A DNA stretch of 63,008 nt, filler included, from Atractiella rhizophila (lineage: Eukaryota): NCBI GenBank assembly GCA_021432655.1. It is 4 parts of 4 records of this genome, joined end to end, with 100 filler letters (N's around TTAATTAATTAA, not from the genome) between each part and the next. Parts side by side here need not be neighbours in the genome. Positions count along the whole stretch, not along the records: positions 25,784 to 51,376 come from MU271768.1; 3 more parts are not named here. One strand, 5' to 3'. Shown here piece after piece: positions 26,107 to 38,109 of this stretch. Both the position numbers and the translations under genes were made by a program. Below the pieces are notes generated by a model that saw only the letters and a program-made list of their open reading frames with translations, was not told the DNA's origin and made no database searches. Each line of letters begins with the position of its first letter. Position 1 is the stretch's first letter.

Positions 26107-26519
26107 CGAGCTTCGAGTAACATGAGCATTTTTTCCAGGTTACTGGGCTCCTACCTGGGGTCACAACCAATAAATTAGACGACGATATGGATCGAACTTG
26201 GAAAAGCGTTCTTGAGTGGGCACGTGATATAAAACGACGAAAATTTTCAGTGCTGGTCCAGTGCTGGCTGTTCACAACGTTCACATCTCACATTGACCTG
26301 GTCCCCCATCTCCTCCACGAGACGTTGCCTCAAATTGCTCATGACCAATTCCTGGGTAACATTTGAATGCCAGCTACTGTGCGAATGGGCGGGGTTGGGA
26401 CGTCGAAGTGTTCTGTACGGAAATTGGAATGTTCAAGGTTGACGATCACGAACTCAGTGGCGGGTAGATCATAAGTGGGCAGTCTTTTGTGAGTATTGTG
26501 CTCCATTGCTTAGTTTGGA

Positions 26520-27294
26520 AGTTGTTATATCTAGAGTGCGAGTGTTGCGACCTCGATGACCACAAGACAGTTCTTGCAACACGACTGCTCCTGTTCGATC
26601 TGTTATTACTTTGCATGAACTACCAAGATGACAAGGCATTAACTGGCAGTAAAGAGAGTTTGACGAGAGTGAAACCTAGGAATTGATTGCAGTTCTCTTG
26701 CATCCGAGTCTACCTTGCGTATTTTCTGAGATTCTGAGGAAGCTGTCGCCGCTCGCCTGTTTAGGGCCGCTTCATAGTCAATGAAGAGCTGTGACTGGAA
26801 TGCCGTTGTTTCCTCTCCGCCGGATAAATTGTAGGAAAAGATGCAGATTTGCTCGATTGCCGGTTAGAGATTCTCTCAAGTCGAGTTGTCTTCATGAGGG
26901 TATATTTGGTCTACGCCTGATGTGGGAGTAAGATTCATACCGCGGAAAAATACTCTTTGTTGAAATCTGCGAGTGACTTCATTGCTGAAATTAATGGAAG
27001 CCCAACGGAGAAGCTTCAAGCCCTGATCGGGTCGGCCAAAGCCGGTTCGAGTGGTGGCAGAAAGGTTGCACCTCGGAGTACTCTGGTCTTTCGAATCAGT
27101 GACAGTCGGGCATCCACAGGGGCTTTGCTCGCTAGACTTTGTTCGGGACGCAGAGAAGGTGATTTCAGCAACCGTATCACCTCATGAGCCGAAATCAGTT
27201 CTTCGGAGTATGGAGGATGTGAGAAATGGTTCTTGCGGTCCGTTAATGATTCTTTTCGTCCTTCCCGACGCTCTCACTTGAGTCTCTTTGCATT
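26520..27294. CDS. Hidden multi-exon hypothetical gene, readable only as the plain complement left-to-right
   Basis: Complement gives LTLTTLELLVFCQERCADEDKLDNNETYLMVLLFRNLT|intron with ACTAAC..TAG|AQMERIKDSK..IPAKYQLLLDTD..EYSALVKK..ELRET*; exon joins not fully resolved. Confidence 0.55.
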
Positions 27295-27368
27295 TGCATG
27301 ACTGGTGATTGTAGAGTCGTGTATATGTGTTACGCTTTCAAATTCTGTTAACTGTTACATTGATGCAT

Positions 27369-28175
27369 AATCCCTACAGGCAAATTCACTGGGTACTCGC
27401 GGACGTCAACTCCTCCCAGCAAAGGACATAGGTTTTCCGTTCTCCTGCCCTTCGCAAGGTACTCGTTGACTTTGCAATGGAGGAGGTAGACTATACCACT
27501 TCGGTTTAGTGTTCTGCCGTACGAGCCGCCGACGCAAACGCAGTACTTCCAACCGCTCCGTCCCCTGACTTCGCCACTGTACTAACCTCTACCGCGCCGC
27601 TCACGGGGACCTTCCAATTCTTTAACACTACTTCTCCCTCTTCACAGCGACGACACATGACTTCTTAAACTTCCCGAACCACCTCGCTTCTCTATAACAC
27701 TGGGCTGACCTTGATCACCGTACGCTATTCTGCCCTATCTTCCATACCCTATCCTCCCTGTTGTCGCCCCTGCACCCCCTTGCTCCCTCAGTTGTTGACC
27801 TAGCCGTACTGTCACAAGGTAGGTCGATCCGTTTGTTTGTAGTCTAGGTACCAACTCCAGTAAATCGAAGGTGGAGCGCTTGACTGGTAGTAGAAGCGAC
27901 CAACCTCTTTAAAAGACTCCTTGGAACGTTTGGAACCAACTGAAACCACCTCCCTTCTGCGTCAACTAAAGACGGTGTGACACTGGAGCAACACGGCTCA
28001 TAGCTTACGTCCTATTCGTCTGGATATGGTGCTTCAACTGTGTCCTTCCTATAACTGCTCGTGCTCGTCCTAGCGAGTGACCAAACGGTTGCGTGAACTA
28101 AAAGACCGTACCGTACTCGTCAACTCTGACCAAAGTTGTTCACGAATGAGAAAGAAACGTCTTCATTGTCCGGTA
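27369..28175. CDS. Hidden Zn2Cys6 transcription factor, readable only right-to-left without complementing
   Basis: From 28175 backwards: MACYFCKER|gtaagc..cag|KIKCVGKP|gtgagc..tag|VCLSCIRYSAQRGHSVAEINCVFP..Ser/Pro-rich..GHLNGHP*. TATATAA about 75 nt upstream in the same reading. Confidence 0.85.
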
Positions 28176-28805
28176 GGATTGGGTGTTGCTGAATACCTTA
28201 ACTAGGAGACTCGTTATCATTCCTCGCCTACACTAAGGCCTCGTTAGGAATATATTGCTGCTCGTCCGTCGAGCCTGATGAATTGAAAATCTTCTTCGTG
28301 TCCAATGTTATTCCAGGGGAATACGTTTCAACTAACTCAACGTCGGCGCTGTTAGACTAGCTTCAGCGCTCCTCCAACGCGAACGCGTGGAAGCTCCACC
28401 CCCTTTTGTGCAACCACCTGTCTTGTTAGATGCCTACATCGGGCGAAGATGACAGAAATGATATCGGTGGTGTTGGTCAAGACTCTACGGTACTTTCGCA
28501 GGTGTCGCGGTTTAGGGTCTTAGGGTCCTCTATCGTTGTAAGTGGAACGAGTCGAGCTTATAACACGTGATCAGAGTCGTCATCAGCGTCGGGGGTTTGG
28601 TTGAACTGGATTATTGGCGGGCCTATACCTCTGTGCAGCGTAGAGGTTCTGGTACCAATTAGTGCGTTTAGCGCTCGTGCGCAAAATAGTCGAACCTCCT
28701 CCTTTCGGAACGGTCATTTAGGTACCTGTCCTGACACAGCCTTCATGCAGGAGCATGCGACCGAATCGCGGACTGTTGGTTCTTCAAGCTCCTAGGAGTC
28801 TTTCG

Positions 28806-29061
28806 NNNNNNNNNNNNNNNNNNNNNNNNNNNNNNNNNNNNNNNNNNNNNNNNNNNNNNNNNNNNNNNNNNNNNNNNNNNNNNNNNNNNNNNNNNNNNNN
28901 NNNNNNNNNNNNNNNNNNNNNNNNNNNNNNNNNNNNNNNNNNNNNNNNNNNNNNNNNNNNNNNNNNNNNNNNNNNNNNNNNNNNNNNNNNNNNNNNNNNN
29001 NNNNNNNNNNNNNNNNNNNNNNNNNNNNNNNNNNNNNNNNNNNNNNNNNNNNNNNNNNNNN
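28806..29061. other. 256-N gap lacking the linker cassette
   Basis: Counted Ns; separates the two reversed blocks. Confidence 0.97.
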
Positions 29062-30349
29062 GTCTAGGCCACTGTACTCACTACTCTCCGCCAAAAAGTT
29101 TCTCTGCTCACTGCCACTGTACAGCTCCTAGAGAACTAGCTAAACGAAGAACACCTACATTCCTGCCTACAGCTCGCTAAGTAGTCACGCCTAATCATAG
29201 AACGGCTAGACACACACATTTGAACGTACTCAGATGGTGAAGCGTCTTTCCTCTCGTTGCCCCTGTTTGTACATTCAATAGCTACTGGCGAACTTGTCGT
29301 AGAGGCAATGAGGGGCCTCAGCGCGAGTTTCGGTCGTGAGACTTGAAAGGCGGTAAGGGTACGTAGTTGGAGGAGTGATAAGGCCACATTCGTATCAAAG
29401 GACATCGAAATACTCGGAGTAGCTGCTGGTTTGTCTGTTGCAAAGACCCTAGATTTTAAGGCAGGAACTCTAGTAAGAGATACCAGACGCCACAGCGCTT
29501 TTCTTGAGAGAACTTTAACAATCTTCAACCTAGCATTGTGCAGGAAGACTCTACTCGCCGGCAGAAGGGGCAATCGAGGGGTGTCACAACTCCTCCCTAT
29601 GGGCGCTACCTGTCTGTTCGAAGCTAAACAACTCGTTGCTCTCCTGCCCATCCACGTCACTTCTACTGCTAACGCCAACCTTTGGTCGCTATCATCAAGT
29701 CGTACTCTCGTCGTCGATGCTTACAGAAAGGCTCCGGTCAGCCCTCCCTCTGTTCCCACAACAACTCCTAACGCCGCCGGTGCTAACAGAAAACTATCAG
29801 CGCCTGGACCATAAAGCCCACGCACCCCATCTGGTCTCAGAACTAGCGAAGAAGTAGACCTCTCACAAACTCTCAGTACCTGCCTAGTTTACCTCCCTCG
29901 CACTACAGGAACAGACCACCAGGTGCCACATTCCGAGGTAGGAGTAGGAGACTACTAGGTCGTCTGGTAAGGCCTCCCAGCCTCTTTCGGTATCGGAAGG
30001 GGAAGGGAAAGACAGAGGGGCAGGTAAAAGGGAAGGGGAAGACGCAGGGTGAGGGTGGGTATGAAGGAGGTTTGCTGAGTGAGCGTAAGACTCTTCGTCG
30101 TTGGAGTCGTCGAACTCTCCGCGAGCCCAAGGTAGAAAACAAGTGGTGGTGTAACTGTAAGAGGAAAAGAAAGGGTGGTAGTAAGTGGACACGGGCGCGG
30201 GCTCGAACTCCCTCATCTCAGACAGCACTCCATGAGCGCCAGCCGACACCTCGGACAAACCGAAATGCTTACCGGAGGGAGAGGTTCCGAAGGTCCAGAA
30301 GCAAACGTTTTAGTTGCAGCAGACTCTTTAGTATCAGACTTCTAGGGTA
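29062..30349. CDS. MPH1: 5' half of Mph1/FANCM helicase, readable right-to-left from ATG at 30349
   Basis: MGSSDYDFSDD..VRDYQ..NTLVSLPTGLGKTF..NYYRWFP..APTRPLVAQQ..TPQTIENDL..LVVDEAHKATGNYAY..LALSATPG..VIDNLH|61-nt GT-AG intron|IGKILIRTDESLDI..SSLMSPDL. Confidence 0.97.
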
Positions 30350-30920
30350 GAGTCGCGCCTCCAGCCACCGCAGTTGCAGTTCCAAAACACCACCAAAGGA
30401 ACTCCTGTTGTGTATGGTGCGCATGCTGCATTCTTGTTACTGAGCTGGTACTTGGAAGCTCTCGGGTCGTCTTCCTCCTTTACTCCAAAGATATTTCATT
30501 CAAGACAACCCGACAACCTCCGTTGTTCCGCAATATGTAGACACTCAGAAACGTCATGACATAGAAGTTCAGTTCAACCCTGTAGTACTAAACGGTCACG
30601 TATTACAGATCTTCTTAATGTTACAAGACTTGCAGTCAACGCAGTGCCACAACAAAACCCTCTGCTCTTACATCCTCCTTCAAGTCTTCCATCTAAGTTC
30701 GTAAGAGTAATTGAAGGCGGAAAGGTACAACTAGTAGTAATGTTGACCTCCGAGACTCTTTGAAGGTCGTCCGAGTTCTACGTTGCACTAAGGAGCAATA
30801 CGTATCACTATGTGAGCGGGGAGCAAGGGGCATGGACGAGTTCCGCATAACTGTTGCTGCTCGTCTTCCGGCACCTCTCAGCTCCGACACAGAGGACCAC
30901 AACTTTTCCACGCTTTATTA
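29062..30920. other. Reversed (non-complemented) sequence block B; right edge 30920-30923
   Basis: Right-to-left reading encodes MPH1 motifs and joins in frame to forward sequence at 30921/30924. Confidence 0.97.
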
Positions 30921-33900
30921 GTGAACACACTCCTTGGTCGCGGTATCCTCCATTGCTCAAGCGATCCTGAACGTCTCGCACCATTCACGGTTCAACAAGC
31001 CCAAAGCGGCTGCTTCGGTCGTGGCGCTAACCCAGCCAAGAAAGCAGCCATTCGACCGCTCCAAAACCTTGGAGCCATGGCGAGAGCGATGGGGTATTTA
31101 TGCGATGAGAGTGTGAAGATGTCGTTAGCGACTTTGAAGGGACATTTTCTGGAGGGGAAGAATAGTGACCAGAAGCAGATGAAGGAAACGGCGGGGAAGA
31201 AGGAGTTTAAAGAGCTTATTTCTGATATGGAGGAATACGTGAAGGATCCTAATTATGCGGGTCACCCAAAGATGGAGAAACTTGTCGCGCTGGTACTGGA
31301 CCATCTCGCAAACTCGACAGAGGAGACCAAGATCATCGTCTTCGCCCAATTCCGGGATTGTGTCGATGAAATTGTTGACCTTCTCGAGAAGCAAAAGCCA
31401 TTGGTGAAACCGGCGAGATTCGTCGGACAGGGAACTGATAAGTCTGGGAAGGAGGGTATCAAGCAGAAGGATCAGAAGGAGGTGATTAAGAGGTTTAGGA
31501 GGGGTGAATTCAATACTCTTGTCGCCACGTCCATTGGAGAGGAAGGCCTCGATATTGGGGAAGTCGACCTCATTATCATCTATGAAGCGCAGAAGTCACC
31601 TGTGAGGATGGTGTGTTCCTCATTCCAATGAGTCTTATCACTCTAGCAAAGTTGACTGATGGATGAGTAGCTTCAAAGGATCGGACGAACCGGTCGTGCG
31701 CGTGATGGGCGAATTGTGGTGCTCATGACGAAGGGACGGGATGAAAGTAACTGGGCGAAAGCACAGGACAACTATCAGCATGTCCAAAATGCCATCACGT
31801 CAGGCAAACTCTTTGAACTCTATGGGGATGTTGCGCGTCTCATACCAGACAAAGTCAAGCCCGAACTCAAGGAGGAAGTTATTGTTGCCAGCGAATTTGA
31901 TCCGGCCATGGTAACGGTCACAGCGAAGAGCATGAAGGCTCCTAAGGGGGCAGTCGGGGCGAAGAAGAGCAGTAAGAGATCAGTACCACAGGGAACCATA
32001 ACTGGGTTTATGAGCGCGAAGGGGTTGTTAGAAGAGATGGAGGGGAGGTCAGGAGGGAAGAAGAGAAAGAGAGCTGAGATGGAGGACGACCCGAGGCTGA
32101 ATGGAGAGCACATGAAGGAGTTCGAGAAATGGTACATGCCTCTAAAGGGCAAAAAGCCGCCACCTTCCGATCGTGTCTCGAGAACGTTCGATGTGTCCAT
32201 GGACGCATCCAATCGAACATTCGTCATTTCTAACCATTCGAGGAGCTTTGAAGCCATACGCCGCATTTTTGGGGAGAGTGGACCAGGAACAAAAGCGGAG
32301 AGCTGGAAAGCGGCTTTGGCCGGACATTGGGATGCAGCTGAACCTTTTGTAGAGTATGTGGAGGAGAGGGAGGAGGAGGAAGAGGAGAGGAAGGGGAGGC
32401 TAGAGAGGAGGAGGAAGCATAATAGAGTGGAAGGGAGAAGATGGAAATACGTAAGACCTTATCTCGGAGAGAAGAAGAAGAAGGAAATCACCTCAGATGC
32501 GGATGCGGACAAGGATGGAATGGGCATTTTGGATGACGAGGAGGAGGAGCCAGCGGGGTGTATGGACAGAGGCAAAAGTAGTTCTGGGTTTGGAAAACAC
32601 GCTGGCAAGCAATATGTCAATCCGTTCAAGATGCCTGCAATTCAGGAGAAAGACGAGTCGACGGATTGCGAACTACCCGATTTTGGCGGATCAAAATCCA
32701 TGCTTTCTATCTCAGTTTCTCCTCCAGGACGTCGAACTCCCAGTGAACAGCGTAACAACACCAGGCGGAATGACATTATCGTCCTTGACTCCCCTCCTCC
32801 AACTCCCGAAGCAATCAAAGGTCTCACAATGGATCTTGACCCCGACGGAGACGAAGAGGATGGGGAAGACCAATTTCGCGACCAAATGACTGGGATTCAC
32901 CCCTTTGGCCATTTCGATTCTTCCCCAATGCCTAGGGGAGCCGACGAACTCTCCCGACCAGTCAGCCCTACACAGTCCGTGTACCTTTCTCCTGTTTCAA
33001 AAGCAGGAAAGCGCTCGCGATCGCTACAGAACTCTGCAGAAAGCAGGAAAAAGCGAAAGCTGCCAGAGTCAATGGATATCGAGGAAGTATTCCTGGCGCA
33101 AGGTTCGGCCATCCGACCTGCTGACGCTGAACAAATTGCATCAGTGGATCCTTTGATACCTGCAGACACGATCCCGATTGAAGTTGATAAAGGCTCCCCC
33201 CCACCAGTATTCAAGGTCCCTTCCGTCCCTAGATCTGTCAAGACACCAAATCACGGCAAATATATGACATTCTCGCAAGGGTCGATGGGCTTTGATGACG
33301 ATTTCGACGTGGATGATCTCGGCGATTCAATCCTGCAACAGCTAGATCGCAGTGACACTCGACTGGCGGCGACATCGACCTCTGGCAGCAGAAAACTGAT
33401 GAGGACACCACTTTCCGCAGTTGATGGACGAGGGCAACAACCACTCTCCGTTAAATCCATTAATTCTCCTCTCGATTTCTCACAACCTGTCATTTCCCTT
33501 CGCCGGACATCGATACACTCTCTCCAAACGCAGTCACCATCCTTCGAACTCTCTCAGCCTGTTATTACACATAGGAGGCAGAGGATTCCGCTTCAAGAAG
33601 AAGTGGAGGGAGCAGACTCCTCACCTGGAACATCCCATCAGGAGGCAGTGAAAGTGTTCCGCCTGAGGAAAGCTCGCAGTAATTCTCCCTCCTCTTCGGC
33701 TGCAGTTTCTGTCATCGAAAAGGGGAAGGGGAGGCAGCGGCAGAAGCCGAAGCGCACGAGGGAGGAGAAGGAGAGGTTGAGAAGGAAGCTAGAGAGAGCA
33801 ATGATGGATATGGAAGCAGTGGATTCAGACGTGGACGCTGGAATTCTCCATAGCTCAGACGATGACGATGCAGCAGACGTCAATGAAGGTTCCTCAGATA

Positions 33901-34217
33901 TGGAGTTCATCGATAGGTCACTCGTAACTGACGGTTCGATGAGCATCTATCGTAAGTCGACTTGTTTTCACTAAGGACATAGAGCTGATGCTGCTAAAGG
34001 GAGAAGTCTTGCAACCCAAGTGCCTGGTTTCCAGCCCATGTTTCGCGGGCGAGCCTTCGCTCACGGTGATATTGCGGCTCATTTAGCGAGAAGACCTGTT
34101 CCCGTTACACCGGGGGATAAAGATGCGAGCACTGATCAATATTCGGTTGGATCTTTCGTTGTAGACGATGACGAGGACCTCCAGTTTGAGAGCTCAAGTC
34201 CATCAAGACGACGATAG
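30921..34217 (+). CDS. MPH1: 3' half of Mph1/FANCM DEAH DNA helicase
   Basis: GHPKMEKL, IIVFAQFRDCV, FVGQG, NTLVATSIGEEGLDIGEVDLII, SPVRM|LQRIGRTGRARDG; long disordered C-terminus ending YSVGSFVVDDDE. Confidence 0.95.
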
Positions 34218-34757
34218 CTATCTCGAAGCCCGACAGTATCCCGTCTGCTGTATTTCTTCTCGTTCGTCATATATGTTGCTACTATTTGTTACAATCTGCT
34301 TCCACAATCCTCGCTCAATCTCGTTATATCATTGGTGAACAAAACAATGATGCTCCGAACCATATTTTCATCTTTATTTATTCGGCCCGAACGTAAACTC
34401 TACAATTCCCCTTCCCGTTTTATCACGGTTCCAGTGGTTTGCTTGCCCAGAGACTTTCGAAGCATCAATGCATCAAGTAACCAATTCCATGCTTCGGGGT
34501 GGACTCGTCCGCTTTACGGAATCTTCACATCATCGATGAAGCGCAGCCTGCTGGAGTTGATTAAGATTGTGTTCGAATATTCGAGCTCCGAAGGTCCTGC
34601 ATATTGTCTTGTCTTGGGCGACGAAGATGAACGTGGGGCTTTCATCTTAGTTACCTCATTTGGAGCTTGCGTTGGCATATAAAAGGGGTCCCGGTCATCG
34701 TCGACACCATTGTTCAGACACAATAGTTCAGCCCTATCATAACACTGTACAGGAATC

Positions 34758-36609
34758 ATGACACCATATTGGGTGAGTGATGTGTTGCTCTTGAAGACAA
34801 GCGTGGTGCGGATGAGATGCTGGATGTTCTCTCCTCAATCAGATCTGGAGGCATCACGGTCGATCTGACCATCCATCGATATGATGTGTTTGAAAGCACG
34901 GACAGCATAGAGGAGAGGTAACCCGCCAACCCGCCAATATGACCATGACCTGCCATTATAATCACTGCTCTATTCAGGTTCTTGTCCTGAAACCCTTTTG
35001 ATCTGCCCCTTGATCATGCACGGCATCCCATCAGACTATCTAGACCCATTGATCACGTCTGCAAACAGGAACCAGGAACTCAGTACAACTATGGCGACGT
35101 AGTCGAATATGAGGGACATCGATACAAGATCATCCAACCCCATCGGTCTCAAGGAGACTGGACACCTCCTGGTTCGCATTCGCTGTTTTGTTTTGTTTCG
35201 TCCCCTCCCATCTGACATGACTGTGCCTCAGTGACACCGGCACTTTGGGGAAGATTGCAGGAAGGTGATCATGGTGCGTCCTTCCTTCAATTGTCATGAG
35301 GCAGTTAGATACTTACGTTCTACAACTAAAAGGAGAAGGAGGCGGAGGGCACCACGGCGGCGATCAACATCATGGTGGAGAGCAGCGTCCCCCAGCATAT
35401 GGTGGCGGAGGTCAATATGGAAGCCACGGGCCGCCGCAGGGTCAAGGTGGACAGCATCCCTTCCAAGGTGGAGAGAAGCCTCATGATCAGCCTCACGACG
35501 ACAAGAAGGATGAAGGTTTCTGGACGGATGAGAGGAAGAAGCAGTTTGGAATTGCCGGTTCGTTACCTCCTTTTGACAGATAATGCTGCACTGGATTCGG
35601 GCTGATCTTGGGTGGAACAGGGGGCATATTGGCCGGCGCTGCTGTTATCGGTGTGTTTATTTCGATTCACTGCGTGAACCAGAATCTAACCAAGATCATG
35701 TACAGGTGGAGGAGTGTGGGCTTATTCCCATCACAAGAACGAGGAAGAAGAACGCGCGAAAGCTGAGGTGACTGTTCTTATTCCTCTTTCCGTTCATTCC
35801 ACGGTTTAACTGTATTCATCTGCAGGAATGGAGAAAATCTGCTTCAGAAGATGCCTATCATCAGAATATGCAAGCCCGTTGTGGAGAACTCAAGAAGGAT
35901 AACAGGGGAATGGAAGTCTATTGGATCATGGCTGAGCACGGAGAAATTCCGCATAACGCGTCCGTCACCATCTCACCTCTCTTCCAACAATCATGATGAA
36001 CACTGGGGCATAGCATCCCGATCGGAAGGGAGCGAGATGGAAAACCATTGTTCGCTGCCAGGGGATATTACAAAGGAGGGGTACATCCCGGTACGTCTGC
36101 TTGTTTACGTCTCTCGCCATCATCTGACTGAAGGTGCGTATGATGCAGGCAAGTGCGGAAGACACTTGAGAAAAGGAGCCAACATCTCGTACGGCGGAGA
36201 CGAAGTCGTGAGTCCCCTTCTCCCAGCTGTCCTTTCTTCGACTCTCTCTGACTGTCTGCGTGAAGCACCTTGAGAATTACGAAGTCTTGGTCGGGAACGA
36301 ACACAAGATTCGATGGCAGTCTGAAGAAGGCCGAATCACGGTGAACGACTGGGAACAGGGATTGCAACCTGTTGAAGGGGGCAGGGAGAGCGATGGACGG
36401 TTCCTCTTCCTCTGTATCTGCGGTTCGTCTTCCTTTCCTCGTTCCTGGAATGATGTTGAGGACCGTCGGGTTTGTTGTGGTGTGATGCAGAACATGAGGG
36501 AGGCATTCACCCGGGAAAGATCGACAAACAATCCGACCATGCCAATTTCGCTTATGATGGTAAGGAAAGGCAGTGCAAGAGGTACAGAGTCGCCACTTAC
36601 GCTCCATGA
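34758..36609 (+). CDS. CBM12 carbohydrate-binding module + Gly-rich linker + TM helix + DM9/DUF3421 repeats
   Basis: MTPYW|EPGTQYNYGDVVEYEGHRYKIIQPHRSQGDWTPP|VTPALWGRL; IPIGRERDGKPLFAARGYYKGGVHP|GK; VEGGRESDG..GGIHPGK; TATAAAA at ~34678. Confidence 0.88.
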
Positions 36610-36906
36610 TCTTGCCGTCAACTTAACTGTTCGAGGATGGAAAAGAAAGCATGCTGGCAACTAAAACTGAAAGAAAGCAAAGCAAAGTGTACCTTCCATA
36701 CCCAAATGTTGAATAAATAAAGGACCATCATCGATGGTCGATTCATGCTGAGATGGAACTCTTGTGATTTAAGAATGCATAGCAAAATAAAGTACATGAA
36801 ACTGGAGAATAAGACTCAAGAAGCGATACTCAAGACGGTATAATTCAAGCAAGAGAAGCAACTCCTTCACTCACCCATAGAAGCTCTGCTCTCAGAAGAA
36901 AGATTT

Positions 36907-37893
36907 TTAAAGCCCCCATTCCTCCTCACATCCCTCGACAGAACACATGACGACGATCCCGTCGTGTTCATCAGCAATCCACTCTGGCTCCCCAACCTGC
37001 ACGCCCTCATGCTCATGTGACCGAGCGTGTTGCCGCCAACTGTCCACGAACGGTCCCCATACTCCGGGATCGAGAGAGAAAGGACACGCCGGGGAGGAAC
37101 AGACGAGAGATTGGGAGAGGTCGTGGAGCGTGAGACGAGGAGAGAGGCAGATGGGGCAGACGGAGGGAAGGGGTGATGGGAGCGGAAGGGGGTGTGAATG
37201 TGAGTGGAGAGAGGGAGAGGGAGGCTCTTCGAACGAATAGTCTAGTTCGAGGTCTGGCGGTGGTTGCTCCTCTGTATCCATCAATGTGTTGGCACTTCTT
37301 CCTCAAGAAATGATTGGGGAAAGGGGCGCACCATCGACATCCATTCCCTCTTCCTCCACGCCAGCCTCATTAGAGAAAGCAGGCGCCGATCGTTCCAAGT
37401 CTCTCCTAATCTGCCACTCTCTCGCTCGATCTCTCATCCTCTGCTCCTCCACTTCTCCCACCCCCATTCCCTCAAAAGGTCCCCGTGCATCCTCAAACCC
37501 TCTCTGTTTGTAAATGAGTTTCCTCTCCTCTTCCTTCTTCTGCCGCCGCGACGCCCTGCTAGCCTCTAACGACTGACGGCGGAAGCGGTCTGACCACTCA
37601 ACCGTGTCTTTCGCGGCGCTGCCACTGCCGATGGAGAAAGAGAAGACACCGAAATCGCCACTCCCACCGCCGTTCTCAGACAAACTCGCCGGAGAGCGTG
37701 AGAGGGACTGTTGAATGGCTGACTCGCCGAACAGCTGAGACGACGAGCGGCGGGAGAGGTGGTTTGCGTGGCGGAGGGAGAGTTTTGGGTCTTTGCGCGT
37801 GGAAGTGGAGCCTGCGTGGGTCGCGAGCGGCGAGGAGAAGAAGGAGGTGGCGCTGGTGGGCGATGAGAAGGGAGACGATGAGAGTGTCGACAT
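36907..37893 (-). CDS. Hypothetical protein with C-terminal zinc-binding domain (RPA-interacting protein-like)
   Basis: Two exons; CPICLSP..LVCSSPAC..H..VVMCSVEGC C-terminus. Confidence 0.6.
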
Positions 37894-38109
37894 TCCCTTT
37901 TCTTCTCAGTTTCAGTTCCAGTGTTTGTGTGGTGATTGTTGTGGTGAAAGGAGGATGGGAAGCGCGTTCGTGTTGTTGGATGGAAGGCGCGAAATGCCAA
38001 CTCTGTCGCAGCAAACGACAAAACGACGAATTATTTATCCGGCACATTGTTAGCTGCAACCTGTATGTCACTCCTCCACTCTGCCTGTCTCTCACTAATA
38101 CTACTACAG

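Larger units (their letters stand above)
26110..28805. other. Reversed-only (or complement-only) sequence block A; left edge uncertain (26107 to ~26520)
   Basis: No sensible genes on either true strand. Right-to-left reading and plain complement give spliced genes with GT-AG introns and branch points. Confidence 0.88.

Noticed and set aside
26489..30911. ORF-track ORFs such as 29136-29678, 29431-29814, 29884-30258 and 30072-30350
   Set aside because: Shadows of reversed coding sequence; the real information is in the right-to-left reading.
30921..31631. MPH1 as a naturally N-truncated helicase or pseudogene
   Set aside because: The missing half is present, reversed, immediately upstream and joins in frame.
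34330..34965. Minus-strand ORFs as a gene or pseudogene
   Set aside because: No recognisable motifs; they overlap the TATA box, first exon and intron of the CBM12 gene.
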